64,000 bases of DNA from NCBI GenBank assembly GCA_049322915.1, contig JBMOPW010000045.1, positions 116,203-180,202 on the forward strand, in the 5' to 3' direction. The notes below the pieces were generated by a model. That model saw only the letters and a program-made list of their open reading frames with translations. It was not told the DNA's origin and did no database searches. Source of the DNA: Candidatus Zhuqueibacterota bacterium. GTDB lineage: Bacteria > Zhuqueibacterota > Zhuqueibacteria > Thermofontimicrobiales > Thermofontimicrobiaceae. Both the position numbers and the translations under genes were made by a program. Positions 9,967 to 22,521 of the stretch are shown piece by piece. Each line of letters opens with the position of its first letter. Within the stretch, counting starts at the first letter, position 1.

Positions 9967-11010
9967 ATGAACATCAGAAAATATGGCTTTTTATTCTTTG
10001 CAGTTATAGCGATCACTGTTTTGAATTGTCAATCAAAAAAAGATGAGACTATTAACGCGAAAGTCATTAACGTCAGAACAGCGGTCGTAACCAAAACCGA
10101 ATTGTCTATTCCCATTCATACCAGTGGGATCGTTACGGCAAATGAGGAAATGAAATTAGCATTCAAGACCGGTGGTATCATTGCTAAAATTTTTGTTGAC
10201 GATGGCGCTACAGTGAAAATGGGCGATATTCTGGCGACATTGAATCTGACTGAAATAAAAGCCCAGGTCAATCAGGCGAAAGACGGCTACGACAAAGCGG
10301 AGCGCGACTTCAAGCGGGTAAAAAATCTTTTCGCTGACAGCGTGGCCACTCTGGAGCAATTGCAGAACAGCGAGACAGCCCGCAACGTCGCCCGATCCAA
10401 TTGGGAGATAGCTGAATTCAATCTGAAACATTCTCAAATTATTGCACCGGCTGGCGGCGTTATCCTGAAACGATTTGCCGAGGAAAACGAACTGATCAGT
10501 CCGGGCTACCCGGTTTTCCTGTTTGGCGCTAATCAGAGGAACTGGAAAATCCGCGCCGGGCTTGCGGATCGCGATATTGTAAAAATTAAGATGAATGACT
10601 CGGCAGCAGTGGCCCTGGATGCACATCCGGGACAGGCATTTTCAGCCAGCGTATCCAAAATTGGCGAAGCAGCCAATCCGATGAACGGCACGTATGAAAT
10701 TGAACTATTGCTGAATCATACCGATCAACGACTGGCTTCCGGGTTTGTCGCTAAAATTGACATTTTCCCAAACGCCAAACAAGCGTTGTACCTCATTCCC
10801 ATTGAGGCATTGAATGAAGCTGAAGGCAATGGCGGTTGCATTTACACCATTGACGCGGCGGATAATACCGCTCAAAAGATTCCGGTGACGGTGGTTCATG
10901 TATTTGATAATGTCGCTGCCGCTGCCATTGGGGCGGAAAATTTAACCAAAGTAATCACCTTCGGATCAGAATATTTGACCGATGGTTGTGTTGTCAACGA
11001 AGTTAAATAA
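9967..11010 (+). CDS. RND efflux periplasmic adaptor (membrane fusion protein), likely a lipoprotein
   Basis: LAFKTGGIIAKIFVDDGATVKMGDILATL and IIAPAGGVI lipoyl-like halves. Start moved from 9913 to ATG 9967, which has an AAGGAG RBS. Confidence 0.92.
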   Translation: MNIRKYGFLFFAVIAITVLNCQSKKDETINAKVINVRTAVVTKTELSIPIHTSGIVTANEEMKLAFKTGGIIAKIFVDDGATVKMGDILATLNLTEIKAQVNQAKDGYDKAERDFKRVKNLFADSVATLEQLQNSETARNVARSNWEIAEFNLKHSQIIAPAGGVILKRFAEENELISPGYPVFLFGANQRNWKIRAGLADRDIVKIKMNDSAAVALDAHPGQAFSASVSKIGEAANPMNGTYEIELLLNHTDQRLASGFVAKIDIFPNAKQALYLIPIEALNEAEGNGGCIYTIDAADNTAQKIPVTVVHVFDNVAAAAIGAENLTKVITFGSEYLTDGCVVNEVK

Positions 11011-11097
11011 ACCAGTGAGTATCCATTCAAATCCTTTCAAAGATTTAGAACCTTTGAACGGGTACCAAAGCCGAAATATAAATGAAGGAAAAAACCA

Positions 11098-14000
11098 ATG
11101 CGATTGCCCCAATTTGCTATACAGAATCATCAGTTTTCAATGATCATCATTATATTGCTTATCCTCTCCGGGATCGTATCATTTCTGACCATGCCCCGCT
11201 CGGAAGATCCCACCGTCACGCCGCCGGGGACGAGTGTTATCGTGATCTTTCCCGGTGCGAATCCGGTGGATCTGGAGGAACTGGTCATTGATCCTATTGA
11301 AGAGGTGATTAATGAACTTGAAGATATTAAAGAATTAGTCTCCAGCGCGGAAGATGGGCTGGCAGTGATCAACGTCGAATTCAATGTTGGCAGCGATGCC
11401 GATGACAAATATGCGGATGTCGTCCAGAAGGTCAACAGTATCCGAAACAATTTACCGGCAGAAATTCTCCAATTGGACATGATCAAGTGGTCAATCTCTG
11501 ATGTAAAAATTTTGCAGACGGCTTTAATTTCGGAGTCTGCGTCATATCGCGCGCTGGAAAAGGAAGCGGATCGATTGAAAAAACAACTGGAGCGCGTGCC
11601 GGGAGTGAAGAAAATTGAAATTGGCGCGTTGCCCCGGCAGCAGGTGCTGATTGCAGTGGATTTAGAGCGGCTGGCGCAGGTTCATATTCCGTTGAATCGA
11701 ATTATTGGCGCGATTCAAACGAATAACTTAAATATTCCGGGTGGCAATATCGATATTGGCAATAAGCGATTCAACATCCAAACCAGCGGTTCTTACAGTT
11801 CCCTGGATGAGATCAGAAATACCGTCATCGACGCATCGGGGCAGAATCTGCTCTATTTGAAGGACCTGGCGACTGTTTCCTATTCGTATGAAGATCAACA
11901 GTACCGGGCGCGCTTCAATGGGAAACGCGCTATTTTTCTCACTGCCAATCAAAAGGATGGCACCAATATTTATCAGGTGATGGGCGGCATTAAAACCGAA
12001 CTGGACAAATTTGCCCGCACGTTACCAGCCACAATGACCATCGAAAATGTTTTTGATCAGTCGCAAAGCGTATCCTACCGCTTGAATGGCTTTTTCAGCA
12101 ATCTGCTACAAGGCTTGATTCTGGTCGGCGTTGTGATGCTGCTGGCGGTGAACATCCGCGCTGCCATTATTGTCATGTTGGCAATTCCGGTTTCGATTCT
12201 GATGGGCGTGACCTTTATCGATTTCAGCGGCTACGGCTTGCAGCAGATGACCATTGCCGGACTGGTGATTGCATTGGGAATGCTGGTGGATAACGCCATC
12301 GTCGTCACCGATAATGTGACGCGTTTCATGAAAATGGGCTATTCCAAAACCGAGGCAGCTATCCAGGGCACGCAACAGGTTGGTTGGGCGGTGACCAGTT
12401 CGACGATAACAACCGTCCTGGCGTTTGTGCCGATGATGATGATGCAGAATGTGACCGGCGATTTCATTCGCAGTATGCCGTTGATCGTTGTTTACACGCT
12501 TTTTGCATCATTGTTTGTTTCACTGACCCAAACTCCCTATCTGGCCAGCAAATTTATCAACGTTGCCAATGGCGACCGTGAGAGTCGTTTCCGCCGGATG
12601 ATAAACTGGTTCATCGAAACGAAGTACCGAAAAACATTGGCCTATGCCCTGGAGCACCCCAGGCTAATTCTTGTGACAGCCTTAATCGTATTTTTTCTGA
12701 GCCTCTCTCTCTTTCCTTTTATCGGCGTCAGTTTTTTTCCAAAAGCCGAAAAACCGCAATTGCTCATTAATATTGAATTGCCGGAAGGTACCAGTCTGGA
12801 CCGAACCGATGAAATCGCCCAAAAAGTGGAGTCAGTCATTGCCGCACGGAAGGATATAAAACTTTATGCCGCCAATGTCGGCAAAGGGAATCCGCGAATT
12901 TATTATAATGTTATCGCCCGGCATGAGAAAAGTAATTATGCTCAGATTTTTGTTGAATTAATAAAGAATGATTTAGCCCTGCAATCCCAGGTGGTTGCTG
13001 AACTGCGTCAGGAATTTTCAACTTACGCCGGTGTTGCCATCGAGGTCAAAGAATTTGAACAGGGGCCGCCGGTTGAGGCGCCAATCGCCATCCGTTTATT
13101 GGGTGAAAATCTGGAAGTTCTGAAAGCCACTTCCAGAGATATTGAAGATATCATTCATGGGACTGAAGGAACTGTGAATATTTACAATCCGCTCAAAACC
13201 ACCAAGGCCGATCTTCACGTGAAAATTAACAAAGCCAAGGCCGGATTGCTGGGAATTCCGCTCGCTGAAATCGACCGCACGGTGAGAGCGGCAATCAATG
13301 GCTTAACAGTGTCTAAATTTCGGGATGACGAAGGCAAAGAATATGATATTGTAATTCGGATGCCTATCGACAATAAACCAACAATAAAAGAATTCGATAG
13401 AATTTTCGTGACATCGGTGACCGGCGCTCAAATTCCGTTGAAACAGGTTGCGGCGATTGAATTTCAATCCACGCCTATCTCTATCAATCATTATAAACTG
13501 GAACGAAGTGTCACCATCACCGCGGATGTGATTTCCGGTTATTCTGTTAATGATGTAACAATGGACATTCTTGGTCAATTAGAAAAATACCAATTCCCGA
13601 AAGGCTATCGCTATTATGCCGGCGGTGAGTTGGAAAGCCGTGAGGAGTCGTTCGGTGGCATGATGCAGGCAATCATTATCGCCATGGTTGGAATCATGGC
13701 GGTGCTGGTGTTGCAGTTCCGATCCTATTCCCAGCCGCTCATCGTATTTTCGACTATTCCATTGGCGATCATCGGATCTCTGGTGGCGCTGTTCATCACC
13801 GGCAATAATTTTTCATTCACCGCCTTTGTTGGACTGACCAGCTTGATTGGCATCGTGGTCAACAACGCCATCATTTTAGTGGATTTTGCCAATCAGCTCC
13901 GGGCCGAAGGGAAAGATGTCGTTACCGCGCTCAAAGAAACCGGCGAACTTCGGTTTACACCAATCATTCTCACATCAGGGACAACAGTTGGCGGATTATT

Positions 14001-14151
14001 GCCGCTGACCTTACGAGGCGGCACCATGTGGGCGCCGATGGGCTGGACCATCATCGGCGGATTGACCATGTCAACGATTTTGACCCTGGTCATTGTGCCG
14101 GTGCTCTATAAAGTTTTCACCAAAGAAATAGGTCATAGCGGAAAGGCGTAA
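11098..14151 (+). CDS. RND efflux transporter permease (AcrB/AcrD/AcrF family)
   Basis: 1017 aa; GMLVDNAIVV, GIVVNNAIILVD and RFTPIILTS motifs; two TM bundles. Confidence 0.96.
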   Translation: MRLPQFAIQNHQFSMIIIILLILSGIVSFLTMPRSEDPTVTPPGTSVIVIFPGANPVDLEELVIDPIEEVINELEDIKELVSSAEDGLAVINVEFNVGSDADDKYADVVQKVNSIRNNLPAEILQLDMIKWSISDVKILQTALISESASYRALEKEADRLKKQLERVPGVKKIEIGALPRQQVLIAVDLERLAQVHIPLNRIIGAIQTNNLNIPGGNIDIGNKRFNIQTSGSYSSLDEIRNTVIDASGQNLLYLKDLATVSYSYEDQQYRARFNGKRAIFLTANQKDGTNIYQVMGGIKTELDKFARTLPATMTIENVFDQSQSVSYRLNGFFSNLLQGLILVGVVMLLAVNIRAAIIVMLAIPVSILMGVTFIDFSGYGLQQMTIAGLVIALGMLVDNAIVVTDNVTRFMKMGYSKTEAAIQGTQQVGWAVTSSTITTVLAFVPMMMMQNVTGDFIRSMPLIVVYTLFASLFVSLTQTPYLASKFINVANGDRESRFRRMINWFIETKYRKTLAYALEHPRLILVTALIVFFLSLSLFPFIGVSFFPKAEKPQLLINIELPEGTSLDRTDEIAQKVESVIAARKDIKLYAANVGKGNPRIYYNVIARHEKSNYAQIFVELIKNDLALQSQVVAELRQEFSTYAGVAIEVKEFEQGPPVEAPIAIRLLGENLEVLKATSRDIEDIIHGTEGTVNIYNPLKTTKADLHVKINKAKAGLLGIPLAEIDRTVRAAINGLTVSKFRDDEGKEYDIVIRMPIDNKPTIKEFDRIFVTSVTGAQIPLKQVAAIEFQSTPISINHYKLERSVTITADVISGYSVNDVTMDILGQLEKYQFPKGYRYYAGGELESREESFGGMMQAIIIAMVGIMAVLVLQFRSYSQPLIVFSTIPLAIIGSLVALFITGNNFSFTAFVGLTSLIGIVVNNAIILVDFANQLRAEGKDVVTALKETGELRFTPIILTSGTTVGGLLPLTLRGGTMWAPMGWTIIGGLTMSTILTLVIVPVLYKVFTKEIGHSGKA

Positions 14152-14223
14152 CCATTCAGGTTGAAATAAGAAAGACGTCGCACGACACTTTTATTAACCC
14201 AAGTCATTATTCCGAACAGAGAT

Positions 14224-14264
14224 TCCAGCGCGCCCTGGCCTTGAAAAAAACCAGGCGCGCTGGA
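14224..14264. terminator. Hairpin after the efflux operon
   Basis: TCCAGCGCGCC(C)TGG...CCAGGCGCGCTGGA inverted repeat. Confidence 0.55.
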
Positions 14265-14351
14265 TCTGAAACAATTTTTCAGTATTGCCGTTTGACAGAC
14301 CAATCACATGGGATTTGAAAAATCAATCAGACCAGCACAAAGGAATCCGAT

Positions 14352-15908
14352 ATGGCAAAACGATTATCCCCGGAATGGGCTGCGATTCTCCTGCTTGCGC
14401 TTTTCAAATTTTTATTACATGTCCTGTTACCGGCAAATTACGAATTGCATCGGGACACCTATCTCTACCTGGCTCAGGGCGCGCATCTGGATTGGAGTTT
14501 TCTCTCGGTGCCGCCAGTGACAGCGATGCTCGGAAATATCGCCCGGTTCTTCCTGGGCGATTCGGCATTCGCTGTTCAATTTTTTCCGGCGCTGGCCGGA
14601 GCGCTTTCCGTGGTCGTCGTCGGGATGATCATCAGGAGCCTGTCCGGAAAAATCTGGGCCATTGTATTAGGTTGCTCCGCGTTCATTCTCTCGGTGGCAT
14701 TTTTACGAAGCAATGCCCTGTTCCAGCCGGTCGCATTCGACGAATTCTTCTGGCTGCTCTCCACCTATTTCATGGTGAAAATGCTTCAAACCCAACACCC
14801 GAAATTCTGGATTCACCTGGGAATTACCTGGGGATTCGCGATACTGACCAAATACAATATTGGGTTTCTGATTTTCGCATTTGACCTCTCACTGCTCCTG
14901 ACCAAAGACAGGAAATTGTTCCTCTCGAAATATTTTCTTTATGGGACGCTGCTGGCCAGCATCATCGTTCTGCCCAATTTGATCTGGCAATTTAACCACA
15001 ATTTTCCTGTTGTCTATCACATGTCCCGGCTCCGGGCAGAACAGCTCGTGCATGTCCAGGCAGCCGATTTTTTAATGGCCCAGGTATTGATGAATATATC
15101 CAGTCTGTTCGTCTGGGTTTTTGGCGTAATTTTTCTTCTGTTCCTCCGGGAGGGAAAGAAATTTCGCGTGATGGGATTTACCTTTCTGGCAGTCATCTTG
15201 GTCTATCTCGTTCTCAAAGGAAAAGCGTATTACGCACTCGGAATTTATCCCATGCTGTTCGCCTTTGGCGGCTTTGCTTTTGAAAAATACTGCGTCGGTC
15301 GCCGGCATCTGCTGCGCCCCATCGTTTTGGTCGTGATGTTTTTCATGAGCCTGGCGCTGCTTCCGTTCAGCCTGCCGATTCTGCCGCTTGATAGCATGGT
15401 GGCGTACGGGGAGAAGGCGAAACAATTTGGCGGTGAGGGCGCCTTGCGCTGGGAGGATGGTCGCGTTTATCCGCTGCCCCAGGATTATGCGGACATGACC
15501 GGCTGGAAAGAACTGGGTGATATAGTCATCAATACCTATCAGAGCCTGAGTGATTCTGAAAAAGCCAGTTGTGCGATTTACGCTGAAAATTATGGGCAGG
15601 CCGGCGCTATTGTCTATTTCAGTCGATTTGATAACCTGCCCGAGCCGATCAGTTTTGAAGAGAGCTTCCTGTTCTGGGCGCCGGATAGCGCGGATTTCGA
15701 AACGCTCATTTACGTGAATGACGATACCTCTGAAATCGTAAGGTATTTCGCATCAGTGGAACTGGCCGGACGAATTACTGATCCGTACGCCAGGGAGAGT
15801 GGGTTACCTGTCTGGCTGTGCAGAACGCCGCGCAATGGATTTGCAGATTTCTACGCGCAGAGGGTTAGGCAGGTCAAAGATCAATTTCGAAGAAAGTCCG
15901 GGGCTTGA
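14352..15908 (+). CDS. Glycosyltransferase family 39 / ArnT-like (GT-C fold) membrane protein
   Basis: YELHRDTYLYLAQGAHLDWSF...PP N-terminal loop, multiple TM helices, LTKYN and PNLIWQ motifs. Confidence 0.85.
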   Translation: MAKRLSPEWAAILLLALFKFLLHVLLPANYELHRDTYLYLAQGAHLDWSFLSVPPVTAMLGNIARFFLGDSAFAVQFFPALAGALSVVVVGMIIRSLSGKIWAIVLGCSAFILSVAFLRSNALFQPVAFDEFFWLLSTYFMVKMLQTQHPKFWIHLGITWGFAILTKYNIGFLIFAFDLSLLLTKDRKLFLSKYFLYGTLLASIIVLPNLIWQFNHNFPVVYHMSRLRAEQLVHVQAADFLMAQVLMNISSLFVWVFGVIFLLFLREGKKFRVMGFTFLAVILVYLVLKGKAYYALGIYPMLFAFGGFAFEKYCVGRRHLLRPIVLVVMFFMSLALLPFSLPILPLDSMVAYGEKAKQFGGEGALRWEDGRVYPLPQDYADMTGWKELGDIVINTYQSLSDSEKASCAIYAENYGQAGAIVYFSRFDNLPEPISFEESFLFWAPDSADFETLIYVNDDTSEIVRYFASVELAGRITDPYARESGLPVWLCRTPRNGFADFYAQRVRQVKDQFRRKSGA

Positions 15909-16099
15909 GAAATGGGACGCAGCCCGGCAAGTCGCGGGCAGAATTGGCAGGTTGAAAACCGAAATCACCCGGTGAATCCGAGCCTTCGGACGCGCTGAAT
16001 TCTTTGCATTGGCGTGTACTCTGCCTCGGGCGTCAGCGGCTGGCAGGCAAATTTTTCCCGCTGACCAAAGGGGCTGTCATCGGTGAACGGATGCAGCGC

Positions 16100-16852
16100 T
16101 CAATACTTCCCCACCGTGGCTAAATAAATCGCGAATTCTTCTTTGCCATCGACGCCGATGATCTGGTTGACAGCGTTGTCATCGAACGCTGCCACAGCGC
16201 AACAGCCAATTCCCAGCGCTTCGCTGGTCAGATAGAGGTTCTGGCAGACATGGCCGGCGTCGAGGTAAATATAACGAAACGCCCGTTGCTGGTACTTCCA
16301 GAGACTCCGTTGAATAATGGCAGTCCAGATGAATGACACGGCGCAGGTTACAAAGATACCCTGTCCCAGACAGGCCTCGGCAATGCGCTGTGGCAGGTCC
16401 GCGCCTTCCTGCACCAAGACCAGTTTATGCTCAAAGGGTAAATACCGGTAGAGCCCCGACAGTTGATCCTGCACTTGATTGAGTATCAGGTACGTTTCCA
16501 GCGGATGTCTTGCCCCGGCCGAAGGCGAGGTGCGATAGGAGTAGCCATAGCCCGATTCAATGACGCCCTGGGTTCCCCAGAGCAAGGCAGCCAATTCTTT
16601 GAGCGTGAGCGGTTCCCTGGAATAGCTGCGCCGTGAGCGGCGCTTCATCAAAAGGGTGAAAAAATTGTCCGCTGCGGCAGGAATGAACTCGTCAGCGCCG
16701 GGCAACCTCACCGTGGACTGGGACGAGAAGTATGGCTTTTTGTCCGATGGCACCGGCAGTCCCTGACTCATCTCACTGGGTGAGAAAAAATAATTGTATT
16801 TGGTAAATTCCTGGAAATATTCTCCGATATGAATTATCTGTGATTTCTCCAT
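16100..16852 (-). CDS. SagB/ThcOx-family nitroreductase-fold dehydrogenase
   Basis: RRSRRSY, RTSPSAGARHPLE and YLDAGHVCQNLYL motifs. Start placed at ATG 16852 (purine-rich RBS) rather than 16903. Confidence 0.9.
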   Translation of the reverse strand: MEKSQIIHIGEYFQEFTKYNYFFSPSEMSQGLPVPSDKKPYFSSQSTVRLPGADEFIPAAADNFFTLLMKRRSRRSYSREPLTLKELAALLWGTQGVIESGYGYSYRTSPSAGARHPLETYLILNQVQDQLSGLYRYLPFEHKLVLVQEGADLPQRIAEACLGQGIFVTCAVSFIWTAIIQRSLWKYQQRAFRYIYLDAGHVCQNLYLTSEALGIGCCAVAAFDDNAVNQIIGVDGKEEFAIYLATVGKY

Positions 16853-16973
16853 CGATTCTCTCCCTCGCGGATACGTCTCCCGGCGTGAATTCAGTATTAA
16901 CAATGAATTTGATGTGGTTCGAAAAATCCAATCCTCGTGCGACCGCCAAACCTGACGCCAATTTCCCCATAAT

Positions 16974-17013
16974 AAAAAGCGGCTGGCTCATTCTGATGAA
17001 AGCGCCAACCGCT
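16974..17013 (-). terminator. Rho-independent terminator of ppdK
   Basis: Minus strand AGCGGTTGGC...GCCAGCCGCT followed by a T run. Confidence 0.75.
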
Positions 17014-17043
17014 GTGTAAATCATTATGGATGAATGCCGTCAA

Positions 17044-19719
<2,676 letters not shown>

Positions 19720-19780
19720 CAATACTTCTCCCTAACTTTGTTAAATTTGTCACACGTAGTTTATAAGACCTAACGTGAGC

Positions 19781-19916
19781 GATTAGCCCACAGCTATCAG
19801 CCATCAGCGGCAAGGTTTCAGCCATTTGGTGAGCTGAACGCTAGACGCAAGACGCAAGACGCTAGAAGCCAAAAGATAGAAGCCAAAAGCCAATAGCTAA
19901 ATGCCAAACGCTAATC
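19781..19916. repeat. Inverted heptamer tandem-repeat element
   Basis: Six nnnnAGC-type heptamers at 19781-19822 face twelve GCnnnnn-type heptamers at 19833-19916 (e.g. GCTAGAC GCAAGAC GCAAGAC GCTAGAA GCCAAAA). The outer units GATTAGC / GCTAATC are exact reverse complements. Confidence 0.85.
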
Positions 19917-20045
19917 ACTTCAATCAGGTCAGAGTTATTTTAGAATTTTTGAATCACACTCAGTTTTAATTTTCACATGACGGCTGCCGTTCAATCAGGC
20001 GCTGCCATCGAATCGTTACTTTCGGACCTGCTGCAATCGACAGGG

Positions 20046-21752
20046 TTAACGGATATCGACCAGACTGCTCAGCAGCGAAGAATACGAGCTTTCATTCGAG
20101 ATAATTTCGACAGCCTTTTTTATTTCCGGCGTCCATTGGAATTCGCTTTGGTATTTACCCTCGGTGCCCCACAGTTTCGCGGAAATTTCCGTCTTGAGTT
20201 TCCACTTGATCAGATCCAGATCGCGATCAAAATCAGCTTTTTTGGCATCTGCCACTGCCTTTTTAAAATTGTTGAAAGAAGCGATGACGGTCTGGTCATA
20301 ATGTTGTTCCTTCAACAATTCCTCAATGGCGTCGCAGTGCTCTTCGGCGTCGGTTTTATAGGTGAACTGCTTCTCGGTCAGGAATTTTTTGAAATCCGCG
20401 ACCATGTCATCGGTGACCTCAAAGTCCTGATGAATCTGTCCATTCTGGGATGCATATTCCAGCGCGTAATTGAAGAACATGGATTTCATGATCAGGTTGC
20501 CGAATAGCGGGGTTATCTCGTAGGGTTCGACTTTGATATCAGGGACGATGCCGCCTCCACCGTGGACTTTTCGTTTGGACTTGGTAAAAAAGACTTCATC
20601 CTGCTTGACAGTGGTGTCTTTGTTGGCCTCGTAGCCCCAGACCACATCTTTGGCGCGAATGAAATCCGGTTTTTGAATGAGACGACCGCTTGGGATGTAA
20701 TATTTGGCGGTGGTTATTTTGAGCGATGTCCCTTTCTGATTCAGGGGCAATACGGTTTGAACCAGGCCTTTCCCAAAAGTTCTCGAGCCGATAATCAAAC
20801 CGCGGTCGAGATCCTGAATGGCGCCGGCCACAATCTCCGACGCGGAGGCGCTGAAATTATCGACCAGCAGGATGAGCGGTTTATCGCCCCAGATGGGCTC
20901 GATGCTCGATCGGTATTCCACATTCGTTCCGGATGCGCGACCTTTGGTGTAGACGATCAAATTGCCTTCGGGCACAAAGTTCTCCGCCACCTGAACAGCC
21001 GATTCAAGCAATCCCCCTGGATTGCCGCGCAGATCGAGGATCAGGCTTTCCATGCCCTGGCCCTTGAGCACCGCAATGGAATCGTGAACCTGTTTCCCGG
21101 CGTATCGGGAAAAGTGGCTCAGGCGAATGTAACCGATTTTGTCATCGACGAATCCGGCAAAGGTGACGTCGCTGACTTTTATCTCGGCCCGGATCAATCG
21201 AAATTCGAGAGGCTTCATTTCGCCCACGCGACGGATGGAAATGGACACAGCCGTGCCAATTTCACCGCGCAGCCGCTCCGCTGTCTCGGTGATGGTCAGC
21301 GTTTTGGTAGGCACGCCGTCAATTTCAATGATTCGATCGCCTTCCCGAATGCCGGCTTTGCTGCTGGGCGTGCCCTCAAACGGCGGCTCAACAACCGTGG
21401 GCCAGTTATCCCGTTTCGCGATTCGCATGCCAACGCCGCCGTACTTTCCCGTGGTCATGATTTTCAGTTCGTCTGTATCCTCATACTCAATAAACATGGT
21501 GTAGGGATCCAGCGTATGCAGCATGCCCTCGATGCCGGATTTCATAAACTTGCCCGGATCGATTTCTTCGACATAGCGCCGGGCAATTTCTTCGTACACC
21601 TTGCCAAAAAGCTGGATATTTTTATCGATCTCGAAATAATAATCCGGCGCGGCAGTGTTGGTTTCCCTGGCGATCCAGCCGCCGAGCAATGTGGCGCCGA
21701 ACAACAGGACGATGGTTAAAATTATAGGAATAAAACGTTGTTTATCTTTCAT
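20046..21752 (-). CDS. S41 family carboxyl-terminal processing protease (CtpA/Prc-like) with PDZ domain
   Basis: LDPYT, GVGMRI (PDZ), LDLRGNPGGLL, SASASEIVAGAIQD and TFGKGLVQ. Confidence 0.96.
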   Translation of the reverse strand: MKDKQRFIPIILTIVLLFGATLLGGWIARETNTAAPDYYFEIDKNIQLFGKVYEEIARRYVEEIDPGKFMKSGIEGMLHTLDPYTMFIEYEDTDELKIMTTGKYGGVGMRIAKRDNWPTVVEPPFEGTPSSKAGIREGDRIIEIDGVPTKTLTITETAERLRGEIGTAVSISIRRVGEMKPLEFRLIRAEIKVSDVTFAGFVDDKIGYIRLSHFSRYAGKQVHDSIAVLKGQGMESLILDLRGNPGGLLESAVQVAENFVPEGNLIVYTKGRASGTNVEYRSSIEPIWGDKPLILLVDNFSASASEIVAGAIQDLDRGLIIGSRTFGKGLVQTVLPLNQKGTSLKITTAKYYIPSGRLIQKPDFIRAKDVVWGYEANKDTTVKQDEVFFTKSKRKVHGGGGIVPDIKVEPYEITPLFGNLIMKSMFFNYALEYASQNGQIHQDFEVTDDMVADFKKFLTEKQFTYKTDAEEHCDAIEELLKEQHYDQTVIASFNNFKKAVADAKKADFDRDLDLIKWKLKTEISAKLWGTEGKYQSEFQWTPEIKKAVEIISNESSYSSLLSSLVDIR

Positions 21753-21888
21753 AACGGTCTCCCTGGATTAATGTGCACTATTTGAATTGCAGTTCACGAT
21801 ATATGCGAATGAAGAGAATTGAAACGTGAACAAAGCTTCAAGTTAGAATGAACTTTATATATACCGCATGGCGTCAATAAAGCGGAAG

Positions 21889-22515
21889 TTATTTTCGAAT
21901 CCGGTTTGAGATTGCATGCCAGATGGTCTCGGCGATGGAATCGATAGTACTTGAACCATCAATTGTTACAAAACGTTCCGGCTCCTCCTGGCTGATCCGG
22001 AAATAGCCGGCGCGAACTCTTCTGAAGAAATCGCGGGATTCACGCTCCATTCGGTCCAGATTTTCTGCGGCCAATTGTTTCCGCTGCTCCATTTCCTCGA
22101 GGCTGATATCGATGAAGAAGGTGAGCGTGGGTTTCAGTCCCTGGGTGGCGAGCCGATTTATCTGATGGACCAGTTCAATGTCAATATTGCGGCCATATCC
22201 CTGGTACGCTGTCGAAGAATCATAAAAGCGGTCGCAAATGACCAGTGCCCCTTGTTGCAAGGCCGGCATAATTTTCTCCTTGACCACCTGCGCGCGGGCT
22301 GCGGAGTAGAGCAGGTATTCGGCAATGGGGGAGACGGCTTCGTCTTCAATCGTAAGTAAGGCGCTCCTGATTTTCTCAGCGATGATCGTGCCACCGGGCT
22401 CCCGAAAGAGCTGGAATGGTATCTGTTCCTCCCTGAACCGGGAAACGAGTCTCTGAATCTGCACGGATTTGCCGCAAAAGTCGATGCCTTCGAAGGTGAT
22501 GAGCGTTCCAGCCAT
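21889..22515 (-). CDS. tmk: Thymidylate (dTMP) kinase
   Basis: ITFEGIDFCGKS P-loop, REPGGT, VICDRFYDSSTAYQGYGR and DRME. Confidence 0.97.
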   Translation of the reverse strand: MAGTLITFEGIDFCGKSVQIQRLVSRFREEQIPFQLFREPGGTIIAEKIRSALLTIEDEAVSPIAEYLLYSAARAQVVKEKIMPALQQGALVICDRFYDSSTAYQGYGRNIDIELVHQINRLATQGLKPTLTFFIDISLEEMEQRKQLAAENLDRMERESRDFFRRVRAGYFRISQEEPERFVTIDGSSTIDSIAETIWHAISNRIRK

Positions 22516-22521
22516 GATGGT

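Noticed and set aside
16100..16852. RiPP (azole) biosynthetic cluster around the SagB-type gene
   Set aside because: No YcaO, E1-like protein or precursor peptide nearby; stand-alone members of this family are common.
20562..21719. Long antisense ORFs (this 385-aa one, also 35472-36551 and 61020-62237)
   Set aside because: They are shadows of well-supported genes on the opposite strand and have no motifs.
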